The translations under genes and the position numbers were made by a program. A stretch of DNA of 64,000 bases from Candidatus Latescibacterota bacterium (GTDB taxonomy: Bacteria > Latescibacterota > UBA2968 > UBA8231), in contig OZ220089.1 in the NCBI GenBank assembly GCA_964291625.2, positions 992,001-1,056,000 on the forward strand, read 5' to 3'. Positions 1 to 8,218 of the stretch are shown piece after piece. The notes below the pieces were generated by a model that saw nothing but the letters and a program-made list of their open reading frames with translations, did no database searches and was not told the DNA's origin. Each line of letters begins with the position of its first letter. Position 1 is the first letter of the stretch.

Positions 1-287
1 ACTCTTACAAACGCCGACGATAACTCGTACGCGTTGGCCGCCTGAGCAATCAGGTAGCCCGTCGGGGCCGGTGGAGCCTGCGCCGCCGGCCCTCGGCGAC
101 ATCATAGCAGGCTAGCTTGCGGTGACCGTCCCGGCTCCGCCGGCGAAACCTTCGGGGCTGGTCCTATCCGGATCCTGTCGATCGGAACCGGTGCGGACGA
201 GAGAGCACCAGAGTAGATCGACTACGCACGTAGTGGTCTCGAAGGACTCGCCTTCGGACGCGGGTTCGATTCCCGCCGCCTCCACCA
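1..287 (+). ncRNA. ssrA: tmRNA, 5' part outside the window
   Basis: Tag reading frame 13-45 encodes ADDNSYALAA*. The tRNA-like 3' end GGACGCGGGTTCGATTCCCGCCGCCTCCACCA finishes at 287. Confidence 0.95.
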
Positions 288-319
288 GAATACCAATGCA
301 GCCTCTCTCCCAAGCAGGT

Positions 320-742
320 ATGTCGCACACCGAAGCTGAGAAGTATTTGTCACTTGCCAGGCAGCACTTGGAACGTGTCCTCGCTGCATGGGATGACCCC
401 ACCGATTGGTCAGACCTTTCGCTCTATGGATTCTATTGCCTCGAAGCCTCCGTGGTTTCGGCAGCAATACAGGTGGGGCTCGAGCCCAAGAGGACCCACA
501 CACGGAAAGCTGAACTGGCGCGAACGCTCCAGCCTCACGGCCTGCCCGATATTGACACTTTGCTCTCGGACCTCAACATGGCTCGCAAAGCGGCCGCCTA
601 TGGTGATGTAGACTTCCCAGAACTCGATGCAGAAGATGTGGCTGCCAGAATCGAGGAGTATGTGGACGCAGTTTCTGCCTTGTCTGTAGACGAGTCAGAT
701 GAGGAAGCAGACGAGTCAGATGCGCAGCCAGCTGATGAATGA
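320..742 (+). CDS. HEPN-domain protein (putative toxin/RNase)
   Basis: 140-aa helical protein with HEPN-like blocks (YLSLARQHL, FYCLEASV, RTH, RKAAAYGD) beside an MNT gene. ATG at 320 (alternative 296); the longer track ORF from 122 overlaps the tmRNA. Confidence 0.7.
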   Translation: MSHTEAEKYLSLARQHLERVLAAWDDPTDWSDLSLYGFYCLEASVVSAAIQVGLEPKRTHTRKAELARTLQPHGLPDIDTLLSDLNMARKAAAYGDVDFPELDAEDVAARIEEYVDAVSALSVDESDEEADESDAQPADE

Positions 743-1406
743 CACACACCAGTTCATGGATCCGTCCGAAGTGCTCGGAAGGATTGGCAATTGGCCCAGT
801 ACTCTTGCCAAGGAGTGGGTTCAGAATTGCCTGCAGACATGGCGTCGGAACTCCGCCATCCGGGCAGTTGTCATTCTGGGGTCCATTGTCCGTCCAAGAG
901 CCAAGTACAGCATTGATGTCGACTTGTTGGTCATCTATGAGAAGGAGAAGCCGGAATACCCGCTCCCACCGCTTGACGTCGATCTTCGATCCTATCGTCA
1001 AGGGGATGTGGAATCTCTTCTGCTGCAGGGACATGAACTGCTGTGCTGGTCAATCCGATTTGGGAAGGTCCTATACGAATGCGATGGATACTGGACAGCC
1101 CTCTGCGACAACTGGAAAGATCGCCTCCCCTTTCCGTCTGCAAGAAAAGCGGATGAACGCGCTGAGAGAGCGAAGAGAGTCCTGCAGGATCTCAGAGTGA
1201 TCGGTGACGAGGAGGCCGCTCACGAGCAGCACATTACCATGCTGACCCAGACTGCCCGTGCATCTCTGATCAGGTCAGGTACCTATCCTGCGTCCCGCCC
1301 TGAACTACCAGATCAGCTGAAGTCGATTGGAGAACAGGAGCTGGCTTCCCAATTGGAGAAAGCACTGCAGACACGACGTGAATGGACCGAAGAGCAAGCA
1401 GTCTAG
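735..1406 (+). CDS. Minimal nucleotidyltransferase (MNT, Pol-beta superfamily) with C-terminal helical/HEPN-like extension
   Basis: VILGSIVR...DVDLLVI matches the hGS...DxD motif. Its start overlaps the HEPN gene end. Confidence 0.75.
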   Translation: MNDTHQFMDPSEVLGRIGNWPSTLAKEWVQNCLQTWRRNSAIRAVVILGSIVRPRAKYSIDVDLLVIYEKEKPEYPLPPLDVDLRSYRQGDVESLLLQGHELLCWSIRFGKVLYECDGYWTALCDNWKDRLPFPSARKADERAERAKRVLQDLRVIGDEEAAHEQHITMLTQTARASLIRSGTYPASRPELPDQLKSIGEQELASQLEKALQTRREWTEEQAV

Positions 1407-1410
1407 CCTG

Positions 1411-1735
1411 ATGCCCTCTGTCGGTGAGGATTCCCGCACGCTCTGCCCCTTGCGTAGTACCCCCCTCACTCCCCCAGATTCCCGGGGGTTGTCGTCCAGG
1501 CAATAGAACTCGTCGAAGTCCCAGCCGTTCCAGTACAGCTTCCAGGGCCGTCCCGGACGAGCGCCGGGAGGTAGCGATCCCTTGGTGCTCGGCGAAGCCG
1601 GGGGGTGAAGTCGCCGGCTCTCCCTCGTGGTCCTGCCGGGCGCCGGCAGAGAGTGTGAGTCCGGCGCGCCCATCGTCTCCAGGCTGGCCAGCTCCGGCAG
1701 CGTCAGGCACAGATCCCGGCTGGTGACGCCGGCGG
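1411..1735 (-). pseudogene. Decayed duplicate of the sulfatase 3' end and probably the phyH 5' end
   Basis: 1485-1735 aligns with ~6974-7250 (PWKLYWNGWDFDEFYCLDD vs PWKLCWNGFDFDELYNLDD). 1464-1484 matches 6803-6824. Contains indels and an internal deletion. Confidence 0.85.
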
Positions 1736-2042
1736 GCTCCGGGACTCGCGCATCCCGTCCCTCGGCTATCCCCCGATCCGGGCCCACAGATTCTCGAAGG
1801 AGGCCTACCGGCAGGGCATCGAGACCCATCGGATCGATGGCGCACCGGTCAAGATCTACAGCCGCGAGAAGACCCTGGCGGACTGCTTCAAGTTCCGCAA
1901 CAAGATCGGCGTGGACGTGGTGCTCGAGGCGCTGAAGCTGCATCGGCAACGGAACGGATTCGACCTCCCTGCCCTGGTCGACTGCGCCAGGGCCTGCCGG
2001 GTGGAGAAGGTGATGCGCCCCTACCTGGAAGCCACTGCTTGA
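1734..2042 (+). pseudogene. 5'-truncated AbiEi-family (type IV TA) antitoxin fragment
   Basis: Start-less frame reads YPPIRAHRFS..GIETHRIDGAPVKIYSREKTLADCFKFRNKIGVDVVLEALK..CRVEKVMRPYLEA*, typical of the AbiEi C-terminal half. No AbiEii follows. Confidence 0.75.
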
Positions 2043-2157
2043 CCTGAGTGTCCAGGGGGGAGGCGAGGCGGAAGGCCGGCTCCCAGCCCCCTTGATCCCC
2101 CCGTGAGAATCCGACATTGTACAGAGCAACATACCCCTTGGCTTGGGAGGAGCATCC

Positions 2158-2457
2158 ATGTATTTCGCCGTCTTCGTGACACACAGAGAAGGAATGGAGC
2201 AGGAGCGGGTCCGTCTCCGGGACGGGTTCGCCGCCTATCTTCGCGATCACGCCGACCATCCGGACGTGGTCGTTCACCACGGGGGGCCCACCCTCGGCGA
2301 CGACGGGGAGACCGTCAACGGTCTGCTCCTGGCGCTCGAGGCTCCCTCCCTCGAGGCGGCCCGGGCCTTCGTCGCCGGCAGCCCCTACGGCCAGGCAGGT
2401 CTCTTCGCCGAGTCCCACGTCCGCCCGTGGGACTGGTTGACGGGGCGGCCCGGCTGA
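2158..2457 (+). CDS. YciI-family protein
   Basis: 99 aa; GGPTL..GLL..EAPSLEAARAFVAGSPY..GLF pattern; GGAGG SD upstream. Confidence 0.8.
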   Translation: MYFAVFVTHREGMEQERVRLRDGFAAYLRDHADHPDVVVHHGGPTLGDDGETVNGLLLALEAPSLEAARAFVAGSPYGQAGLFAESHVRPWDWLTGRPG

Positions 2458-2490
2458 GCTGATCGCGGATCACCCGGCACGCCAGTCCCC

Positions 2491-2529
2491 ACCGGCGGGG
2501 ACCGCGGAGATGCAGCGGTCCCCGCCGGT
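2491..2529. terminator. Perfect 15-bp inverted repeat (hairpin) after yciI
   Basis: ACCGGCGGGGACCGC-N9-GCGGTCCCCGCCGGT; no clear U-tract. Confidence 0.5.
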
Positions 2530-2647
2530 CCCCCTTGGACTCGGCCGCGTGCAGTGTCCCGTCCACCCTCCGATCCACCGTCCCACATCGGTTGCCGGGG
2601 CCCTGCGCCGTGAGCGTTGACGTGCCTTCCCGGGAGAGAACCCTGCT

Positions 2648-4390
2648 GTGAGCAGCGGTAACCCGCAGCCGGACACCGGCATCCGCTACGAAGCCGACGA
2701 CAAGCCGCCGGCGGCCCTCGCCTTCGCCTGCGGTCTGCAGCTGGTCATCCTCGGCATCACCAGCATCATCTTCATCCCCACGATCGTCATCCGGGCCGGC
2801 GGGGGGACCGACGCCTACCTCTCCTGGGCGGTCTTCGGCGCGGTCTCCGTCAGTGGCATCTGCACGGCCCTGCAGGCGCTCCGGCTGGGCCGGGTCGGAG
2901 CGGGATACCTGCTGTTCATGGGCCCCGCCGGGGCCTTCATCGGGGTCTGCGTCAGTGCCCTCCACGAGGGCGGTCCGGCGCTGCTGGCCACCCTGGTCGT
3001 GGCGTCGTCCCTCGCCCCGATCGTGATCTCCATGCGCCTCGCCCTGTTCCGGCGGCTTCTCACGCCGACGATCGTCGGCACGGTGAACATGCTCGTGCCG
3101 GCCACCGTGCTGCCCGTCGTCTTCAGCCGCCTGACCGACATGCCGGACGACATGGCCCTGAGCGCGCCCCTCACGGCCGTAGCAACACTTCTGGTGATCA
3201 GCGGCATCTCCCTGAAAGCGGGTCCGACGCTGCGTTTGTGGGCTCCCCTCGTCGGGGTCGTCGCCGGCTCGCTGGTCGCCGGATCGCTGGGCCTCTACGA
3301 TCCGGAGCGCGTGGCCCGGGCGCCGTGGATCGGCGCGCCGGAGGGTGGCTGGCCGGGTGTGGGGCTCGACCTCGGTCCCGCCTTCGTGCAGCTGCTGCCC
3401 GCCTTCGTATTCGTGGCCCTCATCGGCGCCATCCAGACGATCACCGCTTCCGTCGCCATCCAGCGCGTCTCGTGGCGCCGGCCGCGGGCCGTGGACTACC
3501 GGGCGGTCGAGGGGGCCGTGGCCGCCGACGGCATCGGCAAGCTGCTCTCCGGCGTCGCGGCGATCGTGCCGACCCAGACGATCGGGGTCAGCGTCCCCAT
3601 GACCGAGCTGACGGGGGTGGCGGCGCGGGTCGTGGGAATCGCCGCCGGCGCCGTGCTGGTGGCGCTGGCCTTCCTGCCCAAGGCCCTGGCCCTGATCCTG
3701 GCCATCCCCAGCCCGGTGATCGTCGCCTACCTCGCCGTCGTGCTGGCCATGACCTTCGTCCGAGGCATGATGGAAGTGGTGCAGGGCGGCATCGACCATC
3801 GCAAGGGACTGATCTGCGGCGTCGCCTTCTGGGTCGGCGTCGGCTGCCAGAACGACCTGCTCTTCCCCGGGCTTCTCTCGGAGCTGGCGGGCGGCCTGCT
3901 GAAGAACGGCATCACCGCCGGGGGGATCGTGGCGATCCTCATGACTCTCTTCCTCGAAGCCACCGCACCGCGCCGCAGCCGCATCGAAGGGGAGCTCGAT
4001 CTTTCGGTGCTGCCAAGGCTCAGGGAGTTCCTCGGCGCCTTCGCCTCCCGCAGCGGCTGGGGGGAGAGCATGGTGGACCGCCTCGACGCCGCCACGGAGG
4101 AGACCCTTCTGACGCTGATCGGCGAGGAGGAGGACGGGAAGCGCGACGGGCGGCGCCTGCTGCTGCAGGCGCGCAAGGAAGCCGACGGCGCCGTCCTCGA
4201 GTTCATCGCCGCCTCCGGCGAGGAGAACCTCCAGAACCGGATCGCCCTGCTCACGGATACCCCCGACGAGGTGCTGATGGAGCGGGAGGTCTCGCTGCGG
4301 CTGTTGCGGCACATCGCGTCGTCCGTCCGCCACCAGCAGTTCCACGACACGGAGATCGTGACGGTCCACGTGAAACCGCCGGATTCGTGA
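2648..4390 (+). CDS. NCS2 (xanthine/uracil permease-like) protein with C-terminal degenerate RsbW/HATPase-like domain
   Basis: Y..DDKPP..GLQ, SGICTALQ, P..VGTV, ADGIG and LTGVAAR blocks with many TM segments, plus ~140 soluble C-terminal residues. Confidence 0.8.
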   Translation: MSSGNPQPDTGIRYEADDKPPAALAFACGLQLVILGITSIIFIPTIVIRAGGGTDAYLSWAVFGAVSVSGICTALQALRLGRVGAGYLLFMGPAGAFIGVCVSALHEGGPALLATLVVASSLAPIVISMRLALFRRLLTPTIVGTVNMLVPATVLPVVFSRLTDMPDDMALSAPLTAVATLLVISGISLKAGPTLRLWAPLVGVVAGSLVAGSLGLYDPERVARAPWIGAPEGGWPGVGLDLGPAFVQLLPAFVFVALIGAIQTITASVAIQRVSWRRPRAVDYRAVEGAVAADGIGKLLSGVAAIVPTQTIGVSVPMTELTGVAARVVGIAAGAVLVALAFLPKALALILAIPSPVIVAYLAVVLAMTFVRGMMEVVQGGIDHRKGLICGVAFWVGVGCQNDLLFPGLLSELAGGLLKNGITAGGIVAILMTLFLEATAPRRSRIEGELDLSVLPRLREFLGAFASRSGWGESMVDRLDAATEETLLTLIGEEEDGKRDGRRLLLQARKEADGAVLEFIAASGEENLQNRIALLTDTPDEVLMEREVSLRLLRHIASSVRHQQFHDTEIVTVHVKPPDS

Positions 4391-4391
4391 G

Positions 4392-5054
4392 ATGGGACCC
4401 CTGGGGCTGGGGGAGGCGGCGGACTCGGTGACCCGGCTGAACCATGAAGAGGCCTTCGAGCGGGCCTGGGCCGACCCGGCCAACACCCGGATCGAGCTGC
4501 CTCCGGTCGACGTCAACCGGGTCCTCGCCAGGCACTACCGCACGAGCGAACCGCTGAGGTTCACCCGGACCATGCTGTGGGAGATGGAGGTGAAGAAGGC
4601 CTTCCGGCCCGACCTCTACATCCCTTCGGTCGTATCCGAGGGAAGCTCCCGCTGCTGGGGCCGCCAGGCGGAGGCCGGAGGCGCCGAGTCGTTCGTGCGC
4701 TGCTCGCGGCAGCGTCTCTGGCTCGAGCCGTCGGAGCACGGGCTGGTCCTGGAACGGGTCTTCCTCAACCCGGCGCGGCAGAGCGCCACCTTCATCGGGG
4801 CCGCGGAACTCCTCGACGGAGGCGGGAACCGGCTTCGAGCCGGCGAAGGGCAGCCTCTCTTTCACGTCGAGCATTCGGTCGACGGCGGCGAGTCGCGGCC
4901 TCTCAACCTGTGGCGCATCGTCTACCTCACGGACCGGCCCGAGGCTCGACTGATCGAGCGGTTCACCCTTGCCAAGGACGTGTGGCTGCGGGAGTTCATC
5001 GAGATCTACATTCGGCGGGACCTGAAGATCGAGCTGACCCGGAGGGAGTCGTGA
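4392..5054 (+). CDS. Hypothetical protein, DUF1857/AtaL-like (SRPBCC fold)
   Basis: PPVDVN..FTRTMLWEMEVKKAFRPDLYIP resembles the AtaL-like N-terminus; operon-coupled. Confidence 0.45.
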   Translation: MGPLGLGEAADSVTRLNHEEAFERAWADPANTRIELPPVDVNRVLARHYRTSEPLRFTRTMLWEMEVKKAFRPDLYIPSVVSEGSSRCWGRQAEAGGAESFVRCSRQRLWLEPSEHGLVLERVFLNPARQSATFIGAAELLDGGGNRLRAGEGQPLFHVEHSVDGGESRPLNLWRIVYLTDRPEARLIERFTLAKDVWLREFIEIYIRRDLKIELTRRES

Positions 5055-5965
5055 AGATCCGGGACATCCGCCACGTGGGGTTGCTGTCGCCGGCGATCGC
5101 GGCCCAGGCCGAGTACCACCTGGAGGCCCTGGGACTTCAGGCGGCCGGAGAAGACCGGCACGCGCGCTATCTCCGCGCCGCGTCGGGCGAGCACCACATT
5201 CTCAGCCTGCATCCCGCTGACCGGACCGGGCTCCACCACCTCGCCTTCCGCCTTGAGGGACGCGCAGCCGTCGACGCGGCGGCCGCCGAGCTCGAAGGGC
5301 GGGGAATCCCCCTCGCGGCGCCGCCGGACGGCCTGGACGAACCCGGCGGCGGATACGGCCTGCGGTTTCTCGACCCGGAGAACCGCTGCATCGAGCTGTC
5401 GGCCGGCGTGGCCGAACACCCGAACCGCGGGCCTGCCGGGAAAGCCGGCCCCCGCCGGCTGTGCCACGTCGGTCTCAACACTCCGCGGTTCGAGCCGATC
5501 GTGGAGTTCTACACCGGTGTTCTGGGGTTCCGGGTCTCGGACCGGATCGAGGACCAGATGGCCTTCCTGCGATGCGGCCGGAGACATCACGCCATCGTCT
5601 TCAGTCGCGCCGATCACCCATCGGTCAACCATGTCGCGTACGCCATGGCGAACGTGGACGACGTGATGAAGGGGGTCTCCCGCCTGCGCGCCCGGGGGCA
5701 GGAGCCCGGCTGGGGACCGGGGCGCCACGGCCCGGGCCACAACATCTTCTGCTACTACGAGGACCCGGCCGGATACCTTGTCGAGCTCTCCAGCGACCTG
5801 GAGGAGATCGAGGACGAGGCAGCGCACGAACCCGCGGTGTGGAGACGAGTGCCGGAAACCGCGGACCTCTGGGGTACGGCCGGACCGCCTGGCGCCGAGA
5901 TCCGCAAGGCGATGGCCGGCGACCCCGATCCGGGGTGGGCCGTCAAGGACACCGCCGCGGGTTGA
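5051..5965 (+). CDS. VOC-family extradiol dioxygenase-like protein
   Basis: Two VOC domains; HVGLNT, FLRC..RHHAI, NHVAY, WGPGRHGPGHNIFCYYEDPAG..VE. GTGA overlap with the upstream gene. Confidence 0.85.
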   Translation: MKIRDIRHVGLLSPAIAAQAEYHLEALGLQAAGEDRHARYLRAASGEHHILSLHPADRTGLHHLAFRLEGRAAVDAAAAELEGRGIPLAAPPDGLDEPGGGYGLRFLDPENRCIELSAGVAEHPNRGPAGKAGPRRLCHVGLNTPRFEPIVEFYTGVLGFRVSDRIEDQMAFLRCGRRHHAIVFSRADHPSVNHVAYAMANVDDVMKGVSRLRARGQEPGWGPGRHGPGHNIFCYYEDPAGYLVELSSDLEEIEDEAAHEPAVWRRVPETADLWGTAGPPGAEIRKAMAGDPDPGWAVKDTAAG

Positions 5966-6026
5966 TTGGCCAAGGAGATCCCTGTCCAAGCATGGCGAAG
6001 GGCAAGCGCGGACAGCGGGATGGTAG

Positions 6027-6803
6027 CTACCAGCGCGACAGGCAGTCGTCGCTCAGCGGTTCGATCGGCCGGAAGTCGCGGTGGGCGATCCATTCCGGGC
6101 GCTTGAACCGGCGGATGTGGTTGTCGACGCGGCACAGGCTCAGGTAGACGATCACCCGGCCCCAGGGGCTGATGTTCGGGGGAGAGGCGTGCACGATGTT
6201 GGAGTGGAACATCAGGACCGCCCCCGCCTTCCCCTTGGGCGCGGCGATCCCCCCTTCGTCCGCCAGCCGGGTCACCGTTTCCTGGTCGAGGGTCCACAGC
6301 GGGTAGGAGGTGGTCAGGGTGTCGTGGCCGGCCTCGATCACGCCCTGCCTGTGGCTGCGTGGGATGATGTACAGAGGGCCGTTGAACTCGCTCACCTCGT
6401 CGAGAAAGACGGCGATGTTCATCGCCTTCGGTTCCGGCATCCCGTCGTCCCGCGCCCATGTTCCGTAGTCCTGGTGCCACTGCCAGACGTCACCGGTAAA
6501 GGCCGCCTTGCCGTTGATCTTGTACTGGTGCATGTACACCGGCCCGTCGAGGAGCTGCATCACGGGCCCGATCAGGCGCGGGTGGCTCCCGAGACGGGCA
6601 AAAGCCTCGTTGTAGGTATGGGCCGCGAAGGCTGTGCGCACCGCGTCGGTATCCTTCTCGCGCCAGACCTCCTCCCGGTGCATGTCGAAGATCACCGGCA
6701 GCTGGTCCTTCAATACGCCGACCTCCTCCTCGGTAAACAGATCGGGAAGGAACAACCAGCCCTCGGTCTCGAACTGGCGCAACTGATCTTCGTTCAGTCT
6801 CAC
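6027..6803 (-). CDS. Phytanoyl-CoA dioxygenase (PhyH)-family Fe/2OG enzyme, ectoine-hydroxylase-like
   Basis: WQWHQD, NGPL..IPRSH, HASPPNISPWGR. Confidence 0.85.
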   Translation of the reverse strand: MRLNEDQLRQFETEGWLFLPDLFTEEEVGVLKDQLPVIFDMHREEVWREKDTDAVRTAFAAHTYNEAFARLGSHPRLIGPVMQLLDGPVYMHQYKINGKAAFTGDVWQWHQDYGTWARDDGMPEPKAMNIAVFLDEVSEFNGPLYIIPRSHRQGVIEAGHDTLTTSYPLWTLDQETVTRLADEGGIAAPKGKAGAVLMFHSNIVHASPPNISPWGRVIVYLSLCRVDNHIRRFKRPEWIAHRDFRPIEPLSDDCLSRW

Positions 6804-6804
6804 C

Positions 6805-8211
6805 TCACTCCCCCAGGATCCCCGGCCCGTACCGCCCCAGCCGCAGGATCGGGTAGTGCGAGCCGAGCAGGGTCTGGTCCCCCGTCTCCCGCACCACCTG
6901 CCACGCGTACCGCATCAGGGAGCGGATCACCTCCTCGTGCCCGTCCACGTCGATCAGGTTGCGCATCTCGAAGGGATCGTCGTCCAGGTTGTAGAGCTCG
7001 TCGAAGTCGAAGCCGTTCCAGCAGAGCTTCCAGGGGCCGTCCCAGACGATGCGCTGGGAGACGCGGTACCGGCTGCCGTGGTACTCGGCGAAGCCGCGGG
7101 TGAAGTCGCCGGCCCCTCCCTCGGGGTCCTGCAGGGCGCCGGCGAAGGAGCGTGAGTCGGGCGCGCCGATCGTCTCCAGGCCGGCCAGCTCCAGCAGGGT
7201 CGGGGCCAGGTCGTGGAGGCCGACGCGGGCCTGGCTGGTGACGCCGGGCAGCGCCCCGGGGCCGGCGACCACCATGGGGACCGAGTAGACCTCCTCGAAG
7301 CCCGTCCAGTTCTTGCAGTAGAGGCCGTGGGAGCCGAGCAGCTCGCCGTGGTCGCTGGCGAGGACGACGATCGTGTCGTCGAGCTGACCGGAGGACTCGA
7401 GGAAGTCGAGGAGGCGCCCGTACTGGGTGTCGATCTCGGTGATCGAGGCGTAGTAGCAGGCGGCGGCCTCCCTCTTCTGGCGTTCGTCCATGTCCCGCCA
7501 CGCGGCCCCGGCCTTGCGGTAGAGGTTCGGCTGGCCCTCCAGGTCGTTGCCGACGTTGGGCTGCAGGGGAAGGCTGTCCACGTCGTATTTCGCGAAGGCC
7601 TCCCGGCCGGTGACGAAGGGGTCGTGGGGCTCGGTGATGCTGACGAAGCAGCACCAGGGCGATTCACCGCTGGCGGCCTCATCGAGGAAGGCCAGGCCGA
7701 GGTCGGTGGTGACGCCCACGCCCCGCTTCTCCGGCGGGACGTCGGTCACGCCGTAGAGGAGGGTCTTCCGGTAACCCTCGGGGTGGCCGTCCCACTTCTG
7801 CAGGGAGAGGGGTCCATCCTGCTTGCCGCCCGCCTTCGGGGTCCCGGCCACCTGCCAGCCGAACGGCCCCAGGTCGCCGGAGCGCTCCACGTGCCACTTG
7901 CCGAAGTAGCCGGTGCGGTACCCGGCCCCCTCCAGCCGCTGCGCCCAGTGGGGGAGCCCGGTGCGCAGGCAGGACTGGTCGTCGTCCACCGTGTGGGTCA
8001 CCTCCAGGACGCCGTGGGAGTGGGGCAACAGCCCGGTCATCAGGCTCGCCCGGGCGGGTGAGCAGACCGCGTTCGGCGTGTAGGCCCTGGGCAGGCGCAC
8101 GCCTCGGGCGGCGAGGCGGTCGAAGTTCGGCGTCCGGCAGGGGTGGCCGGGATCGAGGACCCGCCCCTGCATCTGGTCGGTCATCAGGAACAGGATGTTG
8201 GGCGGTCTCAC
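6805..8211 (-). CDS. Formylglycine-dependent sulfatase
   Basis: PNILFLMTDQ, CSPARASLMTG, GKWH, PHDP, SDHG. Confidence 0.92.
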   Translation of the reverse strand: MRPPNILFLMTDQMQGRVLDPGHPCRTPNFDRLAARGVRLPRAYTPNAVCSPARASLMTGLLPHSHGVLEVTHTVDDDQSCLRTGLPHWAQRLEGAGYRTGYFGKWHVERSGDLGPFGWQVAGTPKAGGKQDGPLSLQKWDGHPEGYRKTLLYGVTDVPPEKRGVGVTTDLGLAFLDEAASGESPWCCFVSITEPHDPFVTGREAFAKYDVDSLPLQPNVGNDLEGQPNLYRKAGAAWRDMDERQKREAAACYYASITEIDTQYGRLLDFLESSGQLDDTIVVLASDHGELLGSHGLYCKNWTGFEEVYSVPMVVAGPGALPGVTSQARVGLHDLAPTLLELAGLETIGAPDSRSFAGALQDPEGGAGDFTRGFAEYHGSRYRVSQRIVWDGPWKLCWNGFDFDELYNLDDDPFEMRNLIDVDGHEEVIRSLMRYAWQVVRETGDQTLLGSHYPILRLGRYGPGILGE

Positions 8212-8218
8212 GGGCGGC

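Noticed and set aside
122-319. N-terminal extension of track ORF 122..742, and ORF 112..402
   Set aside because: Both overlap the tmRNA gene; the HEPN-like sequence starts near 320.
1464-1735. Sulfatase copy as a DGR template/variable repeat pair
   Set aside because: Differences are not adenine-specific and include indels; no reverse transcriptase is present.
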